Shown here: positions 9,485-19,760 of the stretch, piece after piece
Layout of the letters: each line of letters begins with the position of its first letter
Numbering within the stretch: position 1 is the first letter of the stretch
Source of the DNA: a virus
Taxonomy: Duplodnaviria; Caudoviricetes
Virus record (IMG/VR): IMGVR_UViG_3300027506_000001
Span: 1 to 41,668 of that record
Strand: one strand, 5' to 3'
DNA: 41,668 nt
Program-made: the position numbers and the translations under genes
The notes under the pieces: generated by a model
Told to the model about the DNA's origin: nothing
What the model saw: only the letters and a program-made list of their open reading frames with translations
The model's database searches: none

Positions 9485-9829
9485 ATGAAAAATTCAATCA
9501 AATTAGAATTGACTAACCACATCTTAGACCTAATTAACGACCGAGTAATAACTAATGAAAATATAGACGATGCGCACTATCACGCATTCAACGAGGATTA
9601 CTACTTGATAGGTTATTATCAATGTTCGCAATGGTTGAAGAACCACGGCATAGATACTTTTGAAGCAATTGAAATTTGCCAAACCTACGAAAAGGATAAT
9701 TTTGGGGAAAGTAATATTTACGATAATTCAGAGCAAACAGTCAATATGCTCGCATACATTTTCGGGGAAGAATTGTTAAATAGTTTAAATTTTGATTCAA
9801 TAGAGGAATTAAAAGAAAGTTTAAAATAA
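9485..9829 (+). CDS. Acidic small protein, possible Ocr-like DNA-mimic anti-restriction protein
   Basis: 114 aa, D/E-rich, with HAFNEDYYLIGYY, YEKDNFGE and NMLAYIFGEE. The functional call rests on composition, position and recollection only. Confidence 0.45.
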   Translation: MKNSIKLELTNHILDLINDRVITNENIDDAHYHAFNEDYYLIGYYQCSQWLKNHGIDTFEAIEICQTYEKDNFGESNIYDNSEQTVNMLAYIFGEELLNSLNFDSIEELKESLK

Positions 9830-9899
9830 ACAACAAAAGCGGAGCAATAAAAATAAAAATATTGATTCGCTTATTTTCAAAACTTAAAAACTTAAAAAA

Positions 9900-10190
9900 A
9901 TGATTTATTATAAAATTATAGAAAAAAATAATACATTATTTGCACAATCAATAAAAGATAATTCAACTTTTGCCATTCATCAAATACATTGTTGTGAAAA
10001 TTTAGAGGATTTAAAGCAAGATGTTGCAAATATTTATTTAGTTGCTGAGGAATTTACAAATTCACCTTTTATTCATTTAATTACTGCCTTTTCAGAAGAT
10101 GAAGCATTGCAACAAATTGATGAATATCTAAGGGAAAACAACGATGAATATCAAAATCACTTAATAGGTGTTTTTAAATGTAGTTTGTAA
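9900..10190 (+). CDS. Hypothetical acidic protein
   Basis: 96-aa ORF with an AAAACTTAAAAACTTAAAAAA leader. Confidence 0.65.
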   Translation: MIYYKIIEKNNTLFAQSIKDNSTFAIHQIHCCENLEDLKQDVANIYLVAEEFTNSPFIHLITAFSEDEALQQIDEYLRENNDEYQNHLIGVFKCSL

Positions 10191-10318
10191 AAAAATTACA
10201 TAGATAAAATGTTTTTAATTCTATCTAATAAAATAAACCTTTTTAAAAACCTTTTTAAAGCCTTTTTAATGCTGTTTTAAGCTGTTTTAAAGAGGTTTTT
10301 TATATAAACTACCATACT

Positions 10319-10543
10319 ATGGTCAACGAGTTACACAACAGCAAAGAACTATCTTTGTTATTAAGGGAGTTAATATATAACTATCCAATTACTAGGAAAG
10401 AACTAGTATTAAAAAGCGGAGTAAAGAGAAGGAGTTTAGATAGCGCACTAACAACGGGTAAAGTATCTGCCAAAACATGGCAAATGTTATTCGATGCGGT
10501 GAAATATGATTTTCACTTAATCGGATTATCAGACAAGAGGTAA
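10319..10543 (+). CDS. Probable XRE-like HTH DNA-binding protein
   Basis: ITRKELVLKSGVKRRSLDSALTTG..SAKTWQMLFDAV fits the HTH_3 pattern. Confidence 0.6.
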   Translation: MVNELHNSKELSLLLRELIYNYPITRKELVLKSGVKRRSLDSALTTGKVSAKTWQMLFDAVKYDFHLIGLSDKR

Positions 10544-10548
10544 AGCGA

Positions 10549-10882
10549 GTAATAAAAGAGATAATAAAAGAGATAATAAAAGCGATCTAATTAATTTTAG
10601 GTTGCTTTTTTTTTGTCGTTTTATGTTTCTTTTGTTTAGTCCTGAATACTGAAATATATTTTTGCTTTATTACTTCGCTTTATTACTTCATTTTATTACT
10701 TCGCTTTATTACTTCGCTTTTCTTTTGTTCGCTTTTGTTCGCTTTTGTTCTTCGCTTTTATTTTCTTCGCTTTTCTTCGCTTTTATTGGTTCATTTTGTT
10801 CTGTTTTGGTTCATTTTGCGCAGATTTTAAAGAATTTAAGCCGTTTTAACTCGCTTTAGATCGTTATTACTTCGCTTTTCTT
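10549..10882. repeat. T-rich low-complexity tract with about ten TCGCTTT units, preceded by TAATAAAAG x3
   Basis: ttacttcgcttt and gttcgctttt repeats are directly visible. Confidence 0.85.
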
Positions 10883-11496
10883 TGTTGGTGCTGGTACCCC
10901 TCTTTTTTTTGAAAAAGCGTTAATATCCACGACACAAATTTTACCAATTCTAAACAGCGTATAAGCAAGCAGTCAGAATATTAACATATAGGTTTTATGA
11001 TAATTGGTTCTAAATTAGTATCTTTACAGAGTAGATAGTTTTACATAAACTAGTTAGAAGTGACTAGTGTTTTTTTGAAAGTAAGTTTAAACTCTGTTCC
11101 TCTTTTTTTGAGAATCTAAGTTTTTGTATTCAAGAATATGATTTTGGTTAGGAAGAACTAAACAGATGCGACTTGTTGAAATTTTATGAGAGAAATTTTG
11201 CTCTAGCCTTAGCGTGCGATTAATAAGAGCCATTAGAATTGACTAATGCCGATAGTTTGGTTAAGAAATTAGAACCAAATGAACAATCATCTTTTTCTAT
11301 AAAATTACTTTTAAAAGAATTAAATTTAGAAAATAAACCAAAATGCTTTTTGGTTGTTATAACCTTTCTATGTTTAATATAGAATACTAGTTAAAGCTAC
11401 TAAGATAAAAATTATTGGAATCTGGGGAATCTCTGCCTGCTCCAATCTAAGATAGATAGTTAAGTGTTTTCTTTTTGTTTAATTACGTTTTGTTTT

Positions 11497-11526
11497 AACC
11501 CATTACAATAGTATTGGGTTTTTTTT
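11497..11526 (+). terminator. Probable intrinsic terminator
   Basis: aacccattac-aata-gtattgggtt followed by a T run. Confidence 0.6.
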
Positions 11527-11535
11527 ATATATTAG

Positions 11536-11982
11536 ATGATGAACCCTAGAACCTTTAGCCAATCATCGTATGATAAAAATGATAATTATGCAAAAACCAA
11601 GATTATTCCTTTTTTAGAAAAACGAGGTCATCAAGTAGTTTGTGATGAGGAAACTTACAAGCATGATTTAATAACAATCAAAGATGGCAAAGAATATTAT
11701 TTTGAATTTGAGGTAAAGAGAAATTATCCTTTTACATCAGTACAAGATTATAAATTTCCAACTGTTTCATTTACAGGTCGAAAACAAAGGCTGCATAATA
11801 TTGAACCTTTCTTCTATATGATTTTATGTTTTGAAACTAATACAATAGTTTTTTGTCATTCATCAGAGATATACAAGGATAACAATATTGTAGTATTAAA
11901 TTTAAAAAAGCGAGATCGGAAAGGTATTGATACTTTTTATAGAGTAGATAAGTACAAGTGTACTTTTGTTAATCTTGATTAA
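11536..11982 (+). CDS. PD-(D/E)XK-fold putative endonuclease
   Basis: HDLITIKDGKEYYFEFEVKR gives the D...ExK spacing. Confidence 0.6.
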   Translation: MMNPRTFSQSSYDKNDNYAKTKIIPFLEKRGHQVVCDEETYKHDLITIKDGKEYYFEFEVKRNYPFTSVQDYKFPTVSFTGRKQRLHNIEPFFYMILCFETNTIVFCHSSEIYKDNNIVVLNLKKRDRKGIDTFYRVDKYKCTFVNLD

Positions 11983-12059
11983 ATTTGATAAATCTGTAAC
12001 AAAAAGTTTATTTTTTTAAACGAAAGGCAAAAAAAGAGTATATTTATTGTAAAATAGAT

Positions 12060-12067
12060 TATATTTG
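12060..12067 (+). promoter_or_regulatory. TAnnTTTG promoter element at the start of the structural operon
   Basis: TATATTTG, intergenic, upstream of 12145. Confidence 0.55.
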
Positions 12068-12144
12068 TGTATATATTCAATCTAATTGATAATTTACGGG
12101 CAAATTATCTTAATTTATATAATTAATCATAAAATAAAAATAAG

Positions 12145-12807
12145 ATGGCTAAATTTGGTATTAATACATTTAATTTGCTTTGTCAAAACGCAGCATTATC
12201 AGTTTTAGAAGTTCTCCCAATTGATGTTTGTCAAAATATCGGTCAAATTCAAAAGATTATTGTTCAATTTACCTATGCGTCAACAGGAGTTTTAAATAAA
12301 TTTGTTATTGCTTCTGCTGATCCAACTTTGAAAGCAACTTGGGATGCAGCAAAAGCAGCGACAGATACAACAAAAGTTGTAATTACTCCATTTATTGCGG
12401 AGCCAGAGAATGAAGCAGGTGAATTAAGAAGATATGGAGGTGGAAATGCAACTCCGGGCGGTGTAGAAATTATCCTTGGTACTGATGCAGCACCTTTTAC
12501 TGCTAAGTTTTTACACAAGGATCAAGCTGCTATCAAAAAAATGAAAGAATGGAATAGTTTAGATATTTCAGTATTCTTAGTAAATGAAGCAGGTCAAATT
12601 ATTGGTTTATCACAAGATTCATCAGTAGCAGCAACAGAATTTAGAGGTATTCCATTATATCCAAATACATTTTTTGTAGGAGATAAAGTGTTAGGAGGAT
12701 ATGAGGGAGTAGATTACAACCCAATTGAATTTCAATTCCCACCGAATTGGAGTGATAATTTAACAGTAGTTACTCCTGCTGATTTTTCAGCATTATCAGA
12801 AATTTAA
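12145..12807 (+). CDS. Major structural protein, probable major tail (tube) protein
   Basis: GQIQK, YGGGNATPGG, FFVGDKVLGG and FPPNWSD recall a major structural protein of Bacteroides B40-8-like phages (from memory). Confidence 0.65.
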   Translation: MAKFGINTFNLLCQNAALSVLEVLPIDVCQNIGQIQKIIVQFTYASTGVLNKFVIASADPTLKATWDAAKAATDTTKVVITPFIAEPENEAGELRRYGGGNATPGGVEIILGTDAAPFTAKFLHKDQAAIKKMKEWNSLDISVFLVNEAGQIIGLSQDSSVAATEFRGIPLYPNTFFVGDKVLGGYEGVDYNPIEFQFPPNWSDNLTVVTPADFSALSEI

Positions 12808-12816
12808 AATCTAATT

Positions 12817-13023
12817 ATGTATTTAAAGCATAAAGGAAAGGATTACTCAACTATTAAATTTTTTAGCGAAGATCATGGGAAAAATTTGCTACAAAACTTT
12901 AATAGTTGGGAAAGACCTTCTAAATCAGAAGTCAAAAAATTTGAAAAGTTAGGCAATGTCGTTAACCTTAAATCAAATAAAGGAGATTTTACTCAATCCA
13001 ACGGAGAACAAGCAAGCGATTAG
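12817..13023 (+). CDS. Small hypothetical protein
   Basis: 68-aa ORF overlapping the portal start. Confidence 0.5.
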   Translation: MYLKHKGKDYSTIKFFSEDHGKNLLQNFNSWERPSKSEVKKFEKLGNVVNLKSNKGDFTQSNGEQASD

Positions 13024-14683
13024 CAATGCAGTTATTCACGAGGAAAGAGTTAAGTTTCATACAGAGCAAACGATAAACGGGAAATATCGTAAGCGAGGTG
13101 CATTAAATGATTATTTGAATTGGGTTCGAGGTTTGTTGCCATCGGATAAATTTACTTTGTTTTTACATTTATTTAGATACCCTGTAAAAACTACTATTTT
13201 AACTGATAAAATCTTCAACTCTTTTAGCAGAGTTTTTGATTCAAATAACAAAATTGAACAGGTAGATTTTGTTAATCCTGATTTAAAAGTAGATTATGAA
13301 GAATTTAATGCTAATTTTTTAAGAAAGTGGGAAACGGAAGGAATTGAAGTATTAAAATCTAGGGTTAATTCAATAATGGTAATTGATTTACCTAAATTAC
13401 AGACTACGGATAAGCCAGAACCTTATTTAAGTTTTGTTAATATTGATTCAGTCATAGATATTTCTATGATAGATGAATCATCTATTGAATGGATTATTTA
13501 TAGAGGTGTGGATGATGAGGTAATAGTTCTTTGTGATACATATTATAGAGTATTAGAAATGAAAAATGGTTCTATTACTGAAATTAAAAGTGTTAAACTA
13601 GAAGAATATCACGATTTAGGAAGTACACCTGCAAAGTTTTTCTGGTCAACTCCTTTAAGTTATGATAACCCAATACTTAAAAAAAGTCCAATTAGTTCAC
13701 ATTTAGGTAGTCTTGATTGGACATTATTCTTTTCAATGTCAAAAAGGCATTTAGATACTTATGCTCCATTTCCTATATTAAGTGGTTTTCAAGAAGATTG
13801 TGATTTTAGTGCTGAAAATGGTGATACTTGTGATAATGGATTTGTAAAAGATCAAAATGGATTTTATTATCCTAATAGAGCAGATGGCGATAGTTCATTA
13901 AAAAAATGTCCTATCTGTTCAGAACGTAATTCATTGGCAGGTGCAGGATCATATATTGAAGTACCCGTTCCTGATGAATCTAATGGTAATGTAGATTTAC
14001 GTAATCCTGTTTCTATAACGACTGTACCTAGAGAAAACTTAAATTTTGTTACTGATGAAGCTATGCGATTAGATTTAGAAATATACCAAGATGTAACAGG
14101 TGATTTAGGTACAACGATAAATACACAAGCTATAAATAGCGATCAAGTATTTAGTTTTTTTGAAAGTCAACGTCAGAAGTTGATGCCTATAAAAATCAAT
14201 TTTGAAATAGCAATAAAATGGGTAAATGAATCTATTTGTAAGTTAAGATATGGGGATGATTTTATTGGATATAGTATTGATTTAGGTAATGAATTATATT
14301 TAATTGACCAGAAAGTTTTACTAAATGTTTATACTAATTCTAAGAAAGATGGTTTATCAAGTATAATTTTAGATGAATTAGAGGATCAATTTAATCAAAC
14401 TAAGTACAAAAACAATTTAAGTAAATTATCTAGGATTAAAGTTTTAAATCATTTAGATCCTCTTAGACATAAAACATCAGAAGAAGCATCAAAAATGTAT
14501 TCAGAAGGGATAATTAATTATGAAACGTATTATTTAAAAAGTAATTTTTCATCATTAGTTATGCAGTTTGAAAGAGAGAATATGGATATATTGATGTTTG
14601 GTAGTTTATTAAATTTCAATCAAAAAGTAAACCGAATAAAAGATATTTTATTAAGTTATATACCTAGTAGAATACTAAATTAA
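12956..14683 (+). CDS. Portal protein
   Basis: 575 aa, upstream of the scaffold and capsid genes. HDLGSTPAKFFW segment and an internal Cys cluster (CPIC). Confidence 0.75.
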   Translation: MSLTLNQIKEILLNPTENKQAISNAVIHEERVKFHTEQTINGKYRKRGALNDYLNWVRGLLPSDKFTLFLHLFRYPVKTTILTDKIFNSFSRVFDSNNKIEQVDFVNPDLKVDYEEFNANFLRKWETEGIEVLKSRVNSIMVIDLPKLQTTDKPEPYLSFVNIDSVIDISMIDESSIEWIIYRGVDDEVIVLCDTYYRVLEMKNGSITEIKSVKLEEYHDLGSTPAKFFWSTPLSYDNPILKKSPISSHLGSLDWTLFFSMSKRHLDTYAPFPILSGFQEDCDFSAENGDTCDNGFVKDQNGFYYPNRADGDSSLKKCPICSERNSLAGAGSYIEVPVPDESNGNVDLRNPVSITTVPRENLNFVTDEAMRLDLEIYQDVTGDLGTTINTQAINSDQVFSFFESQRQKLMPIKINFEIAIKWVNESICKLRYGDDFIGYSIDLGNELYLIDQKVLLNVYTNSKKDGLSSIILDELEDQFNQTKYKNNLSKLSRIKVLNHLDPLRHKTSEEASKMYSEGIINYETYYLKSNFSSLVMQFERENMDILMFGSLLNFNQKVNRIKDILLSYIPSRILN

Positions 14684-14705
14684 TTCAATAAATAAAAATC
14701 ATACA

Positions 14706-15110
14706 ATGGAGAAAAAAGATTTAAAGGATCAAGTAAAAAAAGCAAGAGCGACTAAATTTTTACCAAAAAAAGGAGAATCTGAAACTGTTATTTTAAAGGT
14801 AAAGCGTTCTGGATTCTCACAATCAACAGGTAAAGCATTAGAAACACCTGTATCAATTAAAATTAGTTCAAGATTATTTAAAGGATGGTTAAAATCTCAT
14901 AAAAATCTTGGTTTTAACATAGTGGAGGTAGTATTTATGCCAGAATCAGCACAAAGTATAGTAAAGGAAATTATTGCAAAAGGTAAAAAAGAATTTGACC
15001 GAATTAAAGCAATGAAACCTAGTAATGCTGATGAAGTTGCAATGAAAGATGAAAGATTAGATGGCATTAAAGGTGGAATGGATTATTTAAAAGAAACTTT
15101 TTTAAAGTAA
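14706..15110 (+). CDS. Hypothetical protein, head module
   Basis: 134-aa basic ORF between portal and scaffold. Confidence 0.65.
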   Translation: MEKKDLKDQVKKARATKFLPKKGESETVILKVKRSGFSQSTGKALETPVSIKISSRLFKGWLKSHKNLGFNIVEVVFMPESAQSIVKEIIAKGKKEFDRIKAMKPSNADEVAMKDERLDGIKGGMDYLKETFLK

Positions 15111-15153
15111 TTATATTAAACATACTATTTTTTAACATAAAAACGGGTTATTT

Positions 15154-16074
15154 ATGCGTTTTGAAGAAGAACTATTAAAACATTTAGACAAGATTGAAGG
15201 TCTAACAGGAGATCAAAAAGAATCTATTAAAGATGGAGCCACAAATGTTTTCCAAAAGAAAACGGGCGATTTAAAAGGTTTATTTGATAAAGATGTATTA
15301 GATATGTCAGGTATCAAAAAAAATCAAGGAGAAAAGACTTTTGAATACATTAAAAGAGCCTTTCAAGATTCAAGAATTGATACAAGTGGATTAGAGAAAC
15401 AAATTACAGATTTAAAATCTGAAAGAGATAAATTAATTTCAGATGGATCAGGAGATCAACAATTAAAAACCAAAGTAAGCGAATTAGAGCAAAAATTACT
15501 AGATAGCACTAATTTGGTTACAGATTGGAAGTCAAAATACGAAACTAGTGAAAAAACCTTATTTGATAAAGGTATTGAGTTAAGGAAGTCAAAAGTTCGT
15601 TCGATGATGTATGGGGATGATAGTATTTCTTTCAATGAAACAATACCAGAATCATTAAGGAAAATGACTGTAAAAACAATTGATGAAGAAATATTATCAA
15701 TTGAAACTGATGAAATTGATGATGGAAAGGGTAATAAATTGACTGTTTTTAGAAGGGATGGTCAAATATTGCGTAATCCAGAAGATAATTTGAATCCTTA
15801 TTCAGCAAAATCTTTAAGAAAGCAAAAATTAAAGGAAGCAGGTTTATTAGCTGAAAAAAGAACTGCACAAGGAACAGGAACTACTAGAACTACTACTACT
15901 ACTACTATTGCAAATGATTTAGATTTATCAAATGTAAAAACTAGAGTAGAAGCGACAAAAGAAATTAACAATTTCTTGATGGCAAAAGGTTTTGAAAGAA
16001 ATTCAACAGAATTTATGACAGAACAAACGAAGATTTATAGTGAAAATAAGGTAAGTGAATTACCTTTAAGATAG
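15154..16074 (+). CDS. Probable head scaffolding protein
   Basis: Charged coiled-coil protein with a GTGT/Thr-rich linker near the C-terminus, immediately upstream of the capsid gene. Confidence 0.7.
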   Translation: MRFEEELLKHLDKIEGLTGDQKESIKDGATNVFQKKTGDLKGLFDKDVLDMSGIKKNQGEKTFEYIKRAFQDSRIDTSGLEKQITDLKSERDKLISDGSGDQQLKTKVSELEQKLLDSTNLVTDWKSKYETSEKTLFDKGIELRKSKVRSMMYGDDSISFNETIPESLRKMTVKTIDEEILSIETDEIDDGKGNKLTVFRRDGQILRNPEDNLNPYSAKSLRKQKLKEAGLLAEKRTAQGTGTTRTTTTTTIANDLDLSNVKTRVEATKEINNFLMAKGFERNSTEFMTEQTKIYSENKVSELPLR

Positions 16075-16187
16075 TTGAGATTATAGAAACGGGATTATCT
16101 ATAATTAATCAATCAAAAAACTTTTTTTAACCAATTTTTCTTAATCTCCATTGCTACGGGTAGCGAAGGACACAAAATTTAATAAAT

Positions 16188-17228
16188 ATGTCAGTTATCG
16201 CAACTCGGATGCTAGATATTAGAAGTCAGTCCGACATAGACAAAAATGAAATGAGAATGTCACAGTATGGGGCATTTGATAGATTCGTTCAAGATACTAA
16301 TAACCCAAATGGTATCATTTCAGAAGAATTAATCCAAGCTGCAATGGGTGCAAATGGTAGGGATATTCAAATTCCTGTTATTGATTATGATTCTGGTGTA
16401 TCAATCCTCAATACTCGTAATGTAGTTATTGGTGATTCTGAAAACACATCAAAATTATACAATGTTACATTTGCTACCTATGCTTTTGAATTTACGGTGG
16501 TTCCTACTGCTTTTGATAATAATGATATTTCTGTTCAAAGGGATTTTAGAAGAAAAATGAACAAGCATATCAAGGAGTTATTAGCAACACTTGATACTAC
16601 TGCAATTGCAGCTTTAGATTCAGCAAAAACACAAGTAGCACCTGATTTATTAGGTTTATATACTTTTGTTGCTGATACAGTTGTTTCTCCTTTATCATTA
16701 TATGACCAAGTAGTTGGTGACATTGATCCAATGATGGAATCAAATGATTTTTATGAAAATAAACATTTGATTGCTAATGTTGGAGTAAATGCAAGGATTA
16801 AAAAAATGGGAGAAGATTCTGTTTACAATGCTAAAAACAAAGATGGTCAGTTTGTTGGCAAATTCCTATCTCAATCAAACAGAATTACAAATGCTGCTAA
16901 CCAAGTAGGAACAGCATATAGTGTTGAAGATGGTTCGTTAGGATTATTGAAACGATTTGAAAGAGAAGCATTAGCAAGAACTAAATCAAGAACAGGTCAC
17001 GAATGGGATATTGTAAATATTCCAGAACTAGGTTTTGAAATGGGTTCTTACTACTATGAATCAGTAGGGAATTTTTCTACTGTTTATGGTGCGGCTACTG
17101 CTGATATGACTAGAGCATTAAAAGAACATTACGGTTTTGCAGTTGATTTAGCTTTTGTTACTCCATACAATTCAGATCAAGCAACTATTGCTAGTCCGAT
17201 TTTAAAGATTGCAATTGCAGATTCGTAA
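16188..17228 (+). CDS. Major capsid protein
   Basis: 346 aa after the scaffold and followed by a strong terminator. DSENTSK, TFATYA, GHEW and KEHYGFAVDLAF recall the B40-8/B124-14-like capsid (from memory). Confidence 0.85.
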   Translation: MSVIATRMLDIRSQSDIDKNEMRMSQYGAFDRFVQDTNNPNGIISEELIQAAMGANGRDIQIPVIDYDSGVSILNTRNVVIGDSENTSKLYNVTFATYAFEFTVVPTAFDNNDISVQRDFRRKMNKHIKELLATLDTTAIAALDSAKTQVAPDLLGLYTFVADTVVSPLSLYDQVVGDIDPMMESNDFYENKHLIANVGVNARIKKMGEDSVYNAKNKDGQFVGKFLSQSNRITNAANQVGTAYSVEDGSLGLLKRFEREALARTKSRTGHEWDIVNIPELGFEMGSYYYESVGNFSTVYGAATADMTRALKEHYGFAVDLAFVTPYNSDQATIASPILKIAIADS

Positions 17229-17271
17229 ATTGAACGAATTAAAATAGTAAGTTCTCATAGTATGTTTGATT

Positions 17272-17306
17272 AAAGGGGGGAAACTACCTTCGTTTCCTCC
17301 CTTTTT
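17272..17306 (+). terminator. Intrinsic terminator after the capsid gene
   Basis: aaaggggggaaac...gtttcctcccttttt hairpin. Confidence 0.75.
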
Positions 17307-17345
17307 ATCATAACTATTTTGCTAATTTTCTTAATCAAAAAATAT

Positions 17346-18482
17346 ATGTTTGATCCTAATTTAATTAAGACAATTTTCGATGGTGTAATAGGTTGGGATC
17401 AAAATTCTGATATAAATGGAGTTCAACTTGAATCAAGTTTAGTTTCTTCAAGTAGTGGAATTAAATATAATTCTTTTCACCCATTACTTACCTTTAATAA
17501 TTTATATTCTATTGCTCCTGATTATGAATCAATACATGGTTCATTATCTCCTTCTACTAAAGCATTAATAGAAGCAGATTTTAGTAATTGGTTGAGAGGT
17601 CAAACACAAGCAGCAACAATAAGAGCATTTGATATTTGGACAGGAATTAAATTAAAAAATCAAACTACTAGAAACTTATTAGAAAGGAACCAATTATTTG
17701 ATTTAGGTTCAGTAACGGGAGATGTAGAAAATCAATCAAATAAGACAAAAGGTATAGAGATTACGACATTAACTGCAAGAGGTCTAATTTATCCTTTAAA
17801 AAAGATAGGAGTTCAATTAGAACAAGCAGAAACATTTACTATTTATTTGTTCCATACAAGTTCAGTTGATCCAATAACAACACTATCTGTTACTTATACA
17901 GAAGTTGGTTCAGTCCAATGGTTTGATGTAGATTGGAAATTATCAAAAGGTTCTGGTTCATATTATATTTGTTATAATTCAGATGATTTAACAGGTGGTT
18001 CTATAAATGGAAACACAACATATAATTATAATGGAACCAATCAAAGTTATTCAATGGGTAGATACTTTTCTGCTTCGCCATTTACGATTGGTGGTAACAA
18101 TACCGTTATGTGGGACACATCTAAAAATATTTATGATGTAAATACTAATCATGGTTTAAATGTACAGTTATCTGCTGTATGTGATTTTTCAGAATTTATT
18201 ATAGAACAAAAAGATTTATTTAGGCAATTAGTTGGTGTGCAGTTGGCATCAGATTTACTACGTATGTTAGCATACAATGTAGAAGCGAGAGTAAATAGAT
18301 TTGAAACTAATATTGCACGTAGAGAAGTCTTGTATGAAGTTGATGGTGATACACAAGGAAGGGCAGGAGGATTAAAACAAAGATTAGATGAAATTATTGA
18401 AGGATTGCAATTAGATACACAAGGAATAGACAAACATTGTTTACCTTGTAGACGTAGAGGGATGAAATATAAATCTATTTAA
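17346..18482 (+). CDS. Virion structural protein (head-tail adaptor candidate)
   Basis: Position after the capsid gene. The ATG at 17346 is preferred to the TTG at 17319. Confidence 0.6.
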   Translation: MFDPNLIKTIFDGVIGWDQNSDINGVQLESSLVSSSSGIKYNSFHPLLTFNNLYSIAPDYESIHGSLSPSTKALIEADFSNWLRGQTQAATIRAFDIWTGIKLKNQTTRNLLERNQLFDLGSVTGDVENQSNKTKGIEITTLTARGLIYPLKKIGVQLEQAETFTIYLFHTSSVDPITTLSVTYTEVGSVQWFDVDWKLSKGSGSYYICYNSDDLTGGSINGNTTYNYNGTNQSYSMGRYFSASPFTIGGNNTVMWDTSKNIYDVNTNHGLNVQLSAVCDFSEFIIEQKDLFRQLVGVQLASDLLRMLAYNVEARVNRFETNIARREVLYEVDGDTQGRAGGLKQRLDEIIEGLQLDTQGIDKHCLPCRRRGMKYKSI

Positions 18483-18483
18483 A

Positions 18484-18924
18484 ATGCAAACAATAGCTGC
18501 TAAAATTGCTAAACTTGAAAAAGTACAAAGAGAAATTGAAACTTATCCTATTGAGTTATCAAAACAGCATGAAGCACAAATAATAGATTGGAATAAAGTT
18601 AATTTGTACGCAGGAATAGGATCAACAGGAGATGAGATTTATCCTGATTACACTAATTATACAAAGGATATAAAAGACCAATTGCGACAACCAAGTAACA
18701 GAGTTACTCTAAAAGATACAGGTAGATTTCATAATTCAATTGAGTTAAAATTTAATCTTAAAGACATTTTTTTTAATGCTACTGATTGGAAATATCCTAC
18801 ATTAAGAACTAAGTATGAAGAAGATGGAAATGTAATATTAGGTATAACGGATGAAAATATGATTGATTTAAGAGAATTGATAAAACCTGATTTGATTGAA
18901 TTAATTAGAAAAAAAACTAATTAA
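18484..18924 (+). CDS. Neck / tail-completion protein candidate
   Basis: VTLKDTGRFHNSI motif typical of phage morphogenesis proteins. Confidence 0.6.
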   Translation: MQTIAAKIAKLEKVQREIETYPIELSKQHEAQIIDWNKVNLYAGIGSTGDEIYPDYTNYTKDIKDQLRQPSNRVTLKDTGRFHNSIELKFNLKDIFFNATDWKYPTLRTKYEEDGNVILGITDENMIDLRELIKPDLIELIRKKTN

Positions 18925-18925
18925 A

Positions 18926-19174
18926 ATGATTGAGAAAGAAAAACCTTTTTTACTTTTTAGAAAATTAAGTAATTCAATTTATTGTTTTTTTTATCCAAAT
19001 GAAGAAGGTGGAAAGTCAATTGAATTATTAACTATTGATTTTGATTTTGTAATTTTTATAAATTTTCAAACTAATTCAATAGGTACTTTAGGTCAAGAAA
19101 TTTTTTTAGGAAAATCACAAATTGAACTGATACATAAGATTTATAAAGACTATAAAATAAATGATAGCAACTAG
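18926..19174 (+). CDS. Hypothetical protein
   Basis: 82-aa ORF filling the gap between structural genes. Confidence 0.5.
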   Translation: MIEKEKPFLLFRKLSNSIYCFFYPNEEGGKSIELLTIDFDFVIFINFQTNSIGTLGQEIFLGKSQIELIHKIYKDYKINDSN

Positions 19175-19748
19175 AACACCACAAACATTAATTGAACCAA
19201 TAGGAGTTGAAGCTGCAATTGAAGAAATAAATTCTATTTTGCTTGCAAGATTACCTTGGTTGGATAATGCTTATGGTAAATGCGAAAAATTATTAGAAAG
19301 CAAAGATAAGGGTAGTTTTCCTGCAATTTATTCTGGAAATAATGAATATATAGATTTATTTCCAGATCAAAATAAAGGTAATTTTTCTTTTTTTGATATA
19401 GCTGAAATGTCAACTATAAATTGGGTTCCAAATCAACTTAAAGGAGGTTCAGCAGAATTTGGATTAATCGTTTGGTTTAATTATGATCTTATATATCCTA
19501 CTGATTCTGATAATAGGTCAATTGAAAACGTAAAACATGAAGTAATTACAGTTTTAAATACTATGGGTTTGCTAAACTCTAATATAGTATGTGATAGAGT
19601 GCTAGAAAGAGTTGAAAATGTTTACAATGGTTACAACCTTGCACTTTATAGAGGGTTTTCGTATGGCAATATTAAAAGTCCCTATATGATGCGACCTTAT
19701 GGAGTTTTTAGGATAGAGGGTAAAATTAATTATATGAAAAATTGCTAA
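19161..19748 (+). CDS. Tail terminator / connector candidate
   Basis: Position, size and the C-terminal PYGVFRIEG strand. Confidence 0.5.
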   Translation: MIATRTPQTLIEPIGVEAAIEEINSILLARLPWLDNAYGKCEKLLESKDKGSFPAIYSGNNEYIDLFPDQNKGNFSFFDIAEMSTINWVPNQLKGGSAEFGLIVWFNYDLIYPTDSDNRSIENVKHEVITVLNTMGLLNSNIVCDRVLERVENVYNGYNLALYRGFSYGNIKSPYMMRPYGVFRIEGKINYMKNC

Positions 19749-19760
19749 AAATAAACTAAA

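Noticed and set aside
10662-10859. 65-aa hydrophobic ORF
   Set aside because: It is the translation of the T-rich TCGCTTT repeat tract, with a TTG start.
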